DNA of 64,000 nt, from NCBI GenBank assembly GCA_951406725.2, contig OX597815.1, forward strand, positions 135,470,001 to 135,534,000, written 5' to 3'. Every line of letters starts with the position of its first letter. Position 1 is the first letter of the stretch. The notes under the pieces are model-generated. The model was given only the letters and a program-made list of their open reading frames with translations, had not been told where the DNA came from and did no database searches. Shown here piece by piece: positions 41,231 through 52,235 of this stretch. The DNA is from Octopus vulgaris (lineage: Eukaryota). The position numbers and the translations under genes are program-made.

Positions 41231-41853
41231 TCTCTCTTTCTTTCAATCTGTCTCTCTTTCTTTCAATCTGCCTCTCTTTCTTTCAATCTGCCTCTCTTTC
41301 TTTCAATCTGTCTCTCTTTCTTTCAGCCTGCCTCTCTTTCTTTCAATCTGTCTCTCTTTCCTTCAGCCTGCCTCTCTTTCTTTCAATCTGTCTCTCTTTC
41401 TTTCAGTCTGTCTCTCTTTCTTTCAGCCTGCCTCTCTTTCTTTCAATCTGTCTCTCTTTCTTTCAGTCAGTCTCTCTTTCTTTCAGTCTGTCTCTCTTTC
41501 TTTCAATCTGTCTCTCTTTCTTTCAGCCTGCCTCTATTTCTTTCAATCTGTCTCTTTCTTTCAATCTGTCTCTCTTTCTTTCAGTCAGTCTCTCTTTCTT
41601 TCAGCCTGCCTCTCTTTCTTTCAATCTGTCTCTTTCTTTCAATCTGTCTCTCTTTCTTTCAGTCAGTCTCTCTTTCTTTCAGCCTGCCTCTCTTTCTTTC
41701 AATCTGTCTCTCTTTCTTTCAATCTGTCTCTCTTTCTTTCAATCTGTCTCTCTTTCTTTCAATCTGTCTCTCTTTCTTTCAATCTGTCTCTCTTTCTTTC
41801 AATCTGTCTCTCTTTCTTTCAATCTGTCTCTCTTTCTTTCAATCTGTCTCTCT
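41231..41853. repeat. 20-bp minisatellite (tctctctttctttcaatctg)n, about 31 units with variants
   Basis: Direct inspection; accounts for ORF 41217-41903. Confidence 0.95.
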
Positions 41854-41889
41854 CCTCTTACCTTTATATTTCACTCGTTCCACTCACTG

Positions 41890-42252
41890 CACTGCGACCA
41901 TGATGGGACACCGCCTTTAAAAGTTTTAGTCTAACAAATCCACTTCAGTACTTTTTTCTCTTTCTCAAGTCTGGTACTTACTCTGTCGCTGTCTTTTTGC
42001 CGATCTGATAAGTTATGAAGATATGAAAACAAACCGATATCGGTTGTCAAGCAGTAGATAGGGGACAAACACGGACATCACAATAAACATACGCGCGTAT
42101 ACGACGGGATTTTACGCAAATTTTAGTTACTGAATTAGTAGAAGACACTTGTTCAAGGTGTTTCGTAGAGGGATTGAACTCACACGACGGCACTACGATG
42201 ACATTTTCATGGAGTTAAGGGTCCAATGCACTAATATAATGTGCGCGCGTGC

Positions 42253-42316
<64 letters not shown>

Positions 42317-42705
42317 CTTTTGTCTTTTACTTATTTCACTCGTTGGATTGTGGCCATGCTGGGGCACTGCCTTCAAGTCTTTAATCAATCAAATCGATCG
42401 ACAAATCGATCACAGTACTTATTTTTTAAAGCCTTGTGTTTATTCTCTCGCTCTCATTTGTCGAACCACGCGATTATGGGGGACATAAATAAACCAACAC
42501 GGTTGTCAAGCGGTGGTCAGGAGCAAACAGAAAGACACAGAGATTACATACATTTTATTTACGATGGGCTTCTTTCAGTTCCCCCCCCCCCACCAACCAA
42601 GTTTACTCACAAGACTTTGGTCGGCCCAAGGCAATAGTAAAAGACACTTGCACAAAATGTCACACAATGGGACTGAACCAGGAACTATGCAATTGAGAAG
42701 GAAAT
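41890..42705 (-). mobile_element. Two diverged SINE family B copies (41890-42185, 42320-42705)
   Basis: cggttgtcaagc, agaagacacttg, gggactgaacc modules. Confidence 0.7.
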
Positions 42706-42720
42706 TTACGCGAGCGCACG

Positions 42721-42836
<116 letters not shown>

Positions 42837-43186
42837 CGTGTCTGTGTGTGTCCTGCAGGAATGTCACGTATGCAATGCATGCTGACGTATATAAGTGATT
42901 GCAAATAACAAATCAAATTCTAATATTGATCTTTTAATTTTATGAGAAAGAACAGTAAATAGGGTACAAAGATTCTGTATTTAACCTACTTCAATGAAAG
43001 CCATTTCAAAGGCGGCGAACTGGCAGAGCTGTAAGTACGTCGGATTAACGCTGTACGGTATATTTTTTTCCCGACTCATTACATTCCGCGTTCGAATTCC
43101 ACAGACGTTAAGTTTTGACTTTGATCCTTTCGGAGTCAACGAAATAAGTTTTAGTTGAGCACTGGGGGCGATGTAATCGACTAGAC

Positions 43187-43900
43187 CAGGGTCGGCCGAC
43201 CTGCGGCCCGCAGATTTTTATCTAGAGGTCCGCTTGATACTTTCTTGAAATGGGTTTATTTAAACAAGCGTTTTTTGAAATTTTATCAAAATTTAAAGGT
43301 TTTAAGGAAAAATAAAAAAGAAAGATACTACTCTTTTTTGCAACGATAATATTTCATGTTGAATCAACGATCATTCATTCATTATTGTAATGGATGGAAG
43401 CACTCCGTCGGTTACGACGATGAGGGTTCCGGTTGATCCGAATCAACGGAACAGCCTGCTCGTGAAATTAACGTGTAAGTGGCTGAGCACTCCACAGACA
43501 CGTGCACCCTTAACGAAGTTCTCGGGGATATTCAGCGTGACACAGAGAGTGACAAGGCCGGCCCCTTGAAATACAGGTACAACAGAAACAGGAAGTAAGA
43601 GTGAGAGAAAGTTGTGGTGAAAGAGTACAGCAGGGATCACCACCATCCCCTGCCGGAGCCTCGTGGAGCTTTTAGGTGTTTTCGCTCAATAAACACTCAC
43701 AACGTCCGGTCTGGGAATCGAAACCGCGATCCTATGACCGCGAGTCCGCTGCCCTAACCACTGGGCTATTGCGCCTCCACTTACTGTAATAATAGCACGA
43801 GAAAGCAAAATGCTTTCAATTCTGTCAGTATACAAGAGGCCCTCGAAAAGCTTTCTTTGATAAAAGTGGCCTGCAACGTAATTCGAGTTGACCAGGCCCG
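43187..43900. mobile_element. hAT (Charlie-like) non-autonomous DNA transposon with 8-bp TSD GACTAGAC
   Basis: gactagac at 43179-43186 and 43901-43908; imperfect TIRs cagggtcggccgac / gttgaccaggcccg; subterminal gcggcccgc. Confidence 0.8.
43392..43780 (-). mobile_element. SINE family C, full-length, with 10-bp TSD
   Basis: Head ggaggcgcaatagcccagtggttagggcagcggactcgcgg..ggtttcgattccc; TSD ttattgtaat (43382-43391) / ttactgtaat (43781-43790). Confidence 0.88.
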
Positions 43901-44350
43901 GACTAGACCCTCCACTATAAGGGCTAACCTTGTGCCAAAATTAGAATGATAAGGTTTTCATACGTTTTTAAACATGGCATGCGCTGGTTTTAGTATAAGG
44001 GTCGTCCCTATAGTTTTATTAGTTTCAACAAGAGTTCTGGTCATGCTGGAGCGCCGTCTGTGATAATGTGTGCGGATGTATGTATATATACACGCACGCG
44101 CGAGCTTAGATTGGGAAGAAGTCCCTTATTACAATTGTGAAACGGTTATTAACAAATTTAATGGGTCTCAAAATCCTTATTTAGAATGAATTAAAGCTTA
44201 TCCGCTGATTTGAGTAAAAGGTCCTCTCAATGTTATATCCTTTGCCTAATGCTCTCATAGGGTTATTGTTATAGAAACCGCTTCGTTCCAATGAAATCAA
44301 AATTAGAGGTCTTCATTGTTCGTTTTTTTATATATATATATATATATATC

Positions 44351-44582
44351 TATTTCTTTACTACCCACAAGGGACTAAACACAGAGGGGACAAACAAGGA
44401 CAGACAAACGGATTAAGTCGATTACATCGACTCCAGTGCGTAACTGGTACTTAATTTATCGACCCCGAAAGGATGAAAGGCAAAGTCGACCTCGGCGGAA
44501 TTTGAACTCAGAACGTAGCGGGAGACGAAATACGGCTACGCATTTCGCCCGGCGTGCTAACGTTTCTGCCAGCTCGCAGCCT
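44351..44582 (-). mobile_element. SINE family A, full-length young copy
   Basis: Closely similar to 47395-47626, 51555-51780 and 54897-55124. Confidence 0.9.
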
Positions 44583-45017
44583 TTAATGATAGTGTTAAAC
44601 CGGTTGACGGATTATCTGTACCACCAAAGTAAACTAGTTGAGATTTGAATCTAGAATGACAAAAGCTGGACAACACACTGCAATGCATCCCATCCGACGC
44701 CTTTAACGATTCTGCCAGTCCACCGCTCTAAGTACTTTATTCATCAATTCCGGAAGGATGAAAACTGAAATTGGTTTCCGCGGGATTTAAACTCATAAAC
44801 AAATGGAACCGGATTAAATACCGCAAGTTCTGTAGCACTTTGCCCGATGCTGTAGCATTTCTCAGTCTACTTTATTGATTTGATTGGATGTGTGGAAATG
44901 TGAGTTGTATACGGTTGTATGAGTGTGAATATGTCTGTGTCTCTGTGCGTACCTTTCCTAAAGTTGTGACGATGTTTGTGAAAATTATGTGTTCGTGTAT
45001 TTGTTCACAAATATATG

Positions 45018-45079
<62 letters not shown>

Positions 45080-45155
45080 ATGGCATTAATCGTACAATGT
45101 TTAGATCAGTGCGGATCACACGGTGAGAGACGAGGCTAGTGTATGAACAAGATAG

Positions 45156-45211
<56 letters not shown>

Positions 45212-45228
45212 AATCAATCTATCTATCT

Positions 45229-45391
<163 letters not shown>

Positions 45392-45394
45392 ACT

Positions 45395-45657
45395 GAATCG
45401 ACTAGACTCTTGGATGTTGTTTAACATCACTAGTCACGATGCTCTTCTTGGCACTGTTGTTCTTCTCGAGTGATGCAACCCCGCTAGCTAGCCGGACAGG
45501 CCAACATTCTCCCAGTCTATAGCAGGGTCATCCATTTACGGCAGAGTGAACTGGGGCAACGTGAAATGGAGTGTTTTGCTCAAAAACACAACGCAGCGCT
45601 GGCCTGGGAATCGAAACCACGATTTTGAGTGCAACATCCTAACTACAAGGCCACGCA
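45395..45657 (-). mobile_element. tRNA-headed SINE (another family), diverged
   Basis: Reverse complement head gcgtggccttgtagttaggatgttgcactc..ggtttcgattccc, then tgtgtttttgagcaaaacact. Confidence 0.65.
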
Positions 45658-45821
45658 AACTTTACACTCAAATTCACAAATCCTTGGATTTGCCAGTCTG
45701 TATTCGCCAGCGTATGAGACGCATTCCCTCTTTTATTGGTGTATGTTGTGAAAGAATAGATTAATGTTTTATCACAAATATACTGAAAGATATTTTAAAG
45801 TGGTTTAGTAGAGGGGGAATG

Positions 45822-46254
45822 GGATCTTTTCAGTTTGAACGGCAGTTTTTTTTAGCGGTGTCATATGAAATTGTCACCCATAATTATGACCTTAGTATCG
45901 ATCTATTGCATTTCAATCTGTTTTAGGGTTAGGGTTAGTTAGGGTTAGGGTTAGGGGTTGGGGGAAAGGTGTCTTTTTTTCTTCAGAAATGTAAATAAAC
46001 CCAATCTGTTTCTAAAACGAGGAACATATTCATGCGGTACAGAATGTTTTCACCTCAATAGACGTCATTGATTGGTTGAAATTGCAGAAATTGAAGAAAA
46101 AAAAACCCAAATATCTTACAAACTATAGAATTTTCTCAATAAAGCCAAGAGAAAAAGATGTTTTATAAACACATTCTACCAGTATACGAAGTTTAAAAGT
46201 GTTTAGTTACGTGGAAATTATTTTAAAAAACTGCCGTTCAAACCGAAAAGATCC
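45822..46254. mobile_element. 433-bp MITE with ~30-bp TIRs, 8-bp TSD GGGGAATG and internal TTAGGG repeats
   Basis: TIRs ggatcttttcagtttgaacggcagtttttt / aaaaaactgccgttcaaaccgaaaagatcc; TSD at 45814-45821 and 46255-46262. Confidence 0.9.
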
Positions 46255-46964
46255 GGGGAATGTAAGATACTGTGCATGTAAACACAATATTGTAATACTG
46301 TTACAGTATACATTGTGTTTATGCCGTGACAGTATACGAGAGTATTTGCTGTGACTAATTATCTTTCTCTTCTTCCGGATCAGGTGTGTAGTTGTTTATA
46401 TTTTGGCCAAAAGAACTGCCACATAGGATGTAAAATTCGTATTACTGTCTATGATATTTTATATAACCTTCATTGGTCACCAGGGTGGAACACCACAGCT
46501 TTAATTTTGTTGTCATTCACGCACTGTAAGTAGCTGACAAGCTGGAGAATTGTCATTTAGATAATTTTAAAGAATGTTTTATTAAAGGTAACACAGCCAT
46601 TAAATAATGAAAGACATATGTTAGGTGCGGATTATATACATTGGGGAAGGAAGCATAATGAGACGACATGACTTATCGTAAGCAAATTTGTGCCAACAGA
46701 CTGCAATAATTTGGCGTGTTTTCAATATTACATTATTAATATCAGCTATTTTATTTAGTGAACTTATACTTATCGGGTGCCCGAGTCAACGACACTCGGT
46801 CTCCCATCTGTAACACTGTCGCTTTCGATGCTGGACAATCGTATGATACATTTAAAAGCATTAAAAGCGTGACTTATACGCCGGCAACTACGACAATTTA
46901 TAGATTAATAATTTACTTAGCCCTAAACTTAGGGGAGGGTAGGAATTTATTATTATTTATTTAT

Positions 46965-47230
46965 CTCAAGGACCACACAAAGTGGAGGTATGTCATCGTC
47001 AAGGAAACGGGCCAGATAGACAATAACAGACGTCAAGAGGCAGAGGTCAGACGTCGAAGATGCAACGAGCGACTCACATTTCCTTGTCCCTCACCAACTC
47101 TCTCCTGCGATAAATGCCGCAGGCTCTTCTATACCACCCTTGGCCTAAACAGCCACCCCAGCCACCTGCACCCTTCGCACTGACCAGGACGAAGAGGATC
47201 AATCATCCGCTACAGATTGACTACTGGAAT
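46965..47230 (+). mobile_element. RTE-clade LINE 3' terminus
   Basis: DHTKWR...RRRR...CDKCRRLFYTTLGLNSH (cf. RTE C-terminal C..C.R.F.S..GL.SH zinc finger). Confidence 0.75.
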
Positions 47231-47269
47231 ACGAGTTAATGTCGGCGACGACGACGACGATGACGATTT

Positions 47270-47830
47270 ATTCGGACCTTGTCTTTTAGCCTTTCAGGAT
47301 CGATAAAACAAGGTACTAGTTTTGCACTGGGATTATGTACTCGACTAACCTACTTCCCCAAGATTTCAGGCCTTGTGCCTAATAGTATAAAAAAGGCGGC
47401 GAGCTGGCAGAATCGTTAGCACGTCGGGCGAAATGCTTTCCGGTATTTCGTCTGTCGCTACGTTCTGAGTTCAAATTCCGCCGAGGTCGACTTTGCCTTT
47501 CATCCTTTCGGGGTCGACTAAATAGGTACCAGTTACGCACTGGGGTTGATGTAATCGACTTAATCCGTTTTGTCTGTCCTTGTTTGTCCTCTCTGTGTTT
47601 AGCCCCTTATGGGTAGTAAAGAAATAAGAAGCATTAGCGCGCTGGACAAAACGCTTAGCAGCATTTCATTCATCATTACGTTCTGAGTTCAAACTCCGCC
47701 GAGCTCGACTTCGCCATTCATCCTACCGGGATCGATAAAACGAAGTAATAGTTGTGCAATGGTGTTAATGTAATCGACTTACGTTTTCCTCTAAAATCGC
47801 TGGCCTTATGTGCCAAAATTTAAAAGAAGT
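47270..47830 (+). mobile_element. Cluster of three SINE family A copies; young full-length copy at 47395-47626
   Basis: Three successive family A cores. Confidence 0.85.
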
Positions 47831-48248
47831 TATTTTTGTCTTATGTTATATTTCTATTTATATCTCGGTTGTCTTTCAAGAACAATTTTTCTCAATAGTT
47901 AACTCATATACTTTATTTATTGACTTCGGCGAGATCTGAACTCAGGAGATTAAAAACCGCAGGACATGCTGACTGACGTTTTTAACGACACTGTCAATCC
48001 ACCACCGATTAAATAGATCCAGAATTTCATTGGTGCTTACTTTTTACGACACTCAAAAGAGTGGAAACAACAGAACTAACCTCGGTGAGGCGCGAACTTA
48101 CGTCAGCATAATTCTTGTGTGTGTGTGTGTGAGCGTTGTAGAGTATTTTTGTTTACATTTATACAAGTAGTGGTTAGTGTTCCTCACTGTAAACGATAGT
48201 GTGTGCATATGTGTACGGGTTTTTCAAAAATATGTATTAGTAGTAGTA

Positions 48249-48292
<44 letters not shown>

Positions 48293-48874
48293 TCTTGTCA
48301 TATATGCATAGAGTTAGTATAGGAGTCGTAGTGGCGGTGGTGATAGAGTTGTGATGATGCTGTGTATAAGAAAGAGTGGGATGAGGGAACGAAGAACGTC
48401 GCTTTCCTTCCTGCGCCTCGGTGTATACGTGCGCGCATGTGGGTGCATATGTGCGACGTATGAGGGTGTGTATGCGTGTATGTGTGTGTGTGCGCACGTA
48501 TGAGAGTGCTGTGTTGTGATCTGAGTTAATAAAGCAATAAGCGTGGGTGTTCTAAAGATAAACACATTCGTCCCTCGTACCCTAATGTCATTGCGCCGTA
48601 TTTGGGTGTTCTGTGTACACGGATGGGTGGATGTTGTTTTTGCCTAGCTCCAGGTCAAACTCTTATAAAGCAAACCCAATGATCAAAGACACTCCAGTCG
48701 GTCTCGAAGAGCCTGCAAAGGCCATAATAAGCACATCCCCACCCTTCACATTAGAGCAATAAAATCAATTAACAAATAAATGAATTAAAATACCACATTT
48801 GTTTTCTATACATGGTTTATTTAGATCTACGCTACCCTGTGTGACCTTCCTTTTTCTTTTTTAAAACGGTAGAG

Positions 48875-49115
48875 CAGGGGTTCGCACCCGGGAGCCATAT
48901 GGCCCTTGGGGAGGTCCATTTAAGATTTTGTTGTTGAAATTTATCTGCAATAAATTGCTTATTCTTCTACAATACACAAAATATTAAAAAAATTTTTAAT
49001 ACAATTCTTAATAATTATTTAATTACAAAAATAAGTAGGATGTCTTTTTATACACATCGAATGGCTGTGGAAGTCCTGTAGGATAAAATAGGAATCAAAG
49101 GCAAGAGAACCACCG
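48875..49115. mobile_element. hAT-like MITE inserted in a family D repeat
   Basis: caggggttcgc / gagaaccaccg termini; imperfect 8-bp TSD cggtagag / ccgtagaa. Confidence 0.6.
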
Positions 49116-49516
49116 CCGTAGAATGTATTTGAAGGATATTTGACTGTTATTTCTAGCAGATTGAACGACTACCTGCTGGCAGGTTCCTTCTCTCACTACT
49201 GGGTGAATGTATATAATGTATACGTTATGGTACCGCTATGTTTGCATTTCTGTGTTGTGTTCGCGGCAAATTGGAATAAAAAAAAAAAGACCCCGAAAAT
49301 ATATAAAATAAAGAAAATAAGACAAAAGAAAGGAAAGTAGAGAGAAAAACTAAATCAGAGCGTTAAACTGCCTTGTCATATCTCTTTACGCACCGAGTTC
49401 AATATCCTCTAAAGTCAAAAATTGTTTTTCAGCTTTCTTTCTTCTTCACCCCGCCCACCCGTCCTCTTTCTCTCCCTCTCTCTCTCTTTTCTCTCTCTCT
49501 CTCTTTCTATCTTTTT

Positions 49517-49575
<59 letters not shown>

Positions 49576-49865
49576 CTCTCTCTTTCTTTCTCTTTCTTTC
49601 TTTCTCTTTCTCCCCCCCTCTCTCACTCACACATACACACACATTTATTTATCTATTTATTTCAGAGTTTAGGCAGAAGTGGGTCAATGCAATGACCTTT
49701 GCAGACCTTTTCTCCTAACTGCTAAGACTGATGCAGCTGCTGTTGCCCAGCCTGAACACTAAACTAGTAGGTCAATGTCTGCTGGAAAAAAAAAAAAAAA
49801 AACGAAGAACCAAGGCACCCGTGGATCCAGTGATGATGTTCAACGAAGCGTATTTAGGCCCATCA

Positions 49866-49884
49866 CAGATAGATAGATAAATAG

Positions 49885-49960
<76 letters not shown>

Positions 49961-49993
49961 GCAAGATGAATAAGTAGATATATTGCTAGATAA

Positions 49994-50045
<52 letters not shown>

Positions 50046-50049
50046 ATAG

Positions 50050-50096
<47 letters not shown>

Positions 50097-50138
50097 GGCA
50101 AGATGAATAAGTAGATATATTGCTAGATAAATAGATAA

Positions 50139-50216
<78 letters not shown>

Positions 50217-50561
50217 GCAAGATGAATAAGTAGATATATTGCTAGATAAATAGACAGACGGGTGGATATATGAAAAGGTTGATAGATAGAGAAATAGGCT
50301 TACGTATAGATGAATAGGTAGTTAGAAACGTGGTTAAAAAATAGATGGATAAATATATAGATATAAGGATAGATGAATTGATAGGACATGGATAAATGGT
50401 TAAATGGAGGGACAGATAGATGAATAGATGGATAGACAGAAGGATAGACATATGTACAGATGGATAGGTAGAGAGATGCTGGGACGAAAAGATAGATATA
50501 TGGATGGATAGAGGGGTAAACGGCAAATTAGATAGATACATCGATAGATAGATAGATAGAC

Positions 50562-50655
<94 letters not shown>
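49866..50655. repeat. (GATA)n array with a thrice-repeated 34-bp spacer
   Basis: gcaagatgaataagtagatatattgctagataaa at 49961, 50098 and 50217. Confidence 0.9.
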
Positions 50656-50656
<1 letters not shown>

Positions 50657-51399
50657 AAGAAATACTATGATAGCAAACATATTGTTGCTGAAACAATATG
50701 AACAGATATCGATTTTCTATATGTAATCAGGTGGCGCAGTAACTGTGAGATTAAGTCATTGAACTACTAAGCATGTAGTCACAAGTTCAGATCTGCCTAC
50801 AGTTATATTGTTGTTGTACCAAAGTAGGGTGCATAATTAACTGCATTCATTCCACTTTGCCTATATGGAAAGAAAAAAAATATTTTGCATAGATACAGCA
50901 AAACAGGCTGAACTCCTACCTTAATAGGTGTGTGAAAGGAGAAACATAGCTGGTGTCTTTGGTTAGATTTCTTCCCATTGAGGGCAGCTTATCTTGGGCT
51001 AAATATATGCGGACTTGTCCTAGAATGGCTGTGTTGATAGTTTGGCTTCTAGGTAATGTCCGTATGTTGTTGCCAGGAACGCAGTGAAATGTATTCAAGA
51101 CCAATATGTTCAACATTAGTTTACGTCCCTATAATGCCCATGATTCGGTATCACATTACGGGAACCTAACTCATTGGGCTCAGGTGGTCGCTTGAGACCA
51201 ACGAGCTAGGTTACTTTTCTGTAGGCTTAATTTTAATGAGGCTTAACTGGTTTATTTATTATTTATTCAGATAAAATTTATTATATCCGCCTCCGATCCC
51301 CCAAGGTATAATCTAACTTTCAGTCAAAATGTAAGAACAAATATCGCCAAAGAATTTCTAAATTTAATTTAATTTTACTGTCTATCAAACTATAGTATT

Positions 51400-51845
51400 G
51401 ATTTCAAATGTTGACAGAAGACCAGCAATTTTGGGAGAGGAGGAGTAAGTCAATTACATCAACCGCTGTACTTGATTGGTTCTTACTTTATTCATCATGA
51501 AAGGATAAAAGGCAAAGTCGACCTCGACGGAATTTGAACTCAAAACGTAATACCTATTTCTTTACTACCCAGCGGCTAAATACAGAAGAGACAAACAAGG
51601 ACAGACAAACGAATTAAGTTGATTATATCGACCCCAGTGCGTAACTGGTACTTATTTAATTGACCGCGAAAGGATGAAAGGCAAAGTCGACCTCGGCGGA
51701 ATTTGAACTCAGAACGTAGTGACAGACGAAATACTGCCGAGCATTTCGCCCGGCGTGCTAATGATTCTGCCAGCTCGTCGTAAAACGTAATGCCGCTATG
51801 CAGTTTGCCCGGTGTGCTAACGATTCTGCCAGTTCGTCGACTTAC
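51400..51845 (-). mobile_element. Young SINE family A (51555-51780) nested in an older family A copy
   Basis: TSD aaaacgtaat at 51542-51551 and 51782-51791. Confidence 0.8.
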
Positions 51846-52103
51846 CAAGCTATAGCTATTACAAAATCTTTAACAGAGACAAAGTCAAAGTTTATTATTC
51901 TTGCTACGAGAATTTTTGTTTGTTCTGTTAATTGGTAAAATATCACAACAGCAATAACTCGGTATCTCTTCCTACCTGCTACTGAGAGGTAATATTTGTG
52001 TTCACTTAAACGTGGTTGTTTTGTTAGAACAAACTATACTGCGGTAGATGCCACGAGAGCAAATCTCATAAATGCTTTTGGTGCAAAATGCACTCTTATT
52101 TAT

Positions 52104-52235
52104 TATCGCTAGTGGGGAGATAAATACCTGCCACCTCCAGCACAGAGACCACCAGATCATGTGATTTCAGCCTTGCTTGGTCTTGTCAATCACAGACGCT
52201 AGAGATAGCAGCAACTCATCTCCCCACCAGTGATA
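52104..52235. repeat. Foldback / MITE-like element
   Basis: tatcgctagtggggagat vs atctccccaccagtgata (16/18 inverted), with pairing continuing inward. Confidence 0.6.

Larger units (their letters stand above)
43010..43950 (+). mobile_element. SINE family A (43010-43186 + 43909-43950) split by a hAT MITE
   Basis: ggcggcgaactggcag head; tail ccttgtgccaaaattagaa resumes after the TSD. Confidence 0.75.

Noticed and set aside
43700-43780. tRNA gene-like sequence (also the heads at 39862 and 40496)
   Set aside because: SINE heads: A/B boxes continue into a SINE body, with a TSD at the 43.4-43.8 kb copy and no closing acceptor stem
45923-45964. True telomere or chromosome fusion scar
   Set aside because: Very short, single orientation, and internal to a TIR/TSD-bounded MITE
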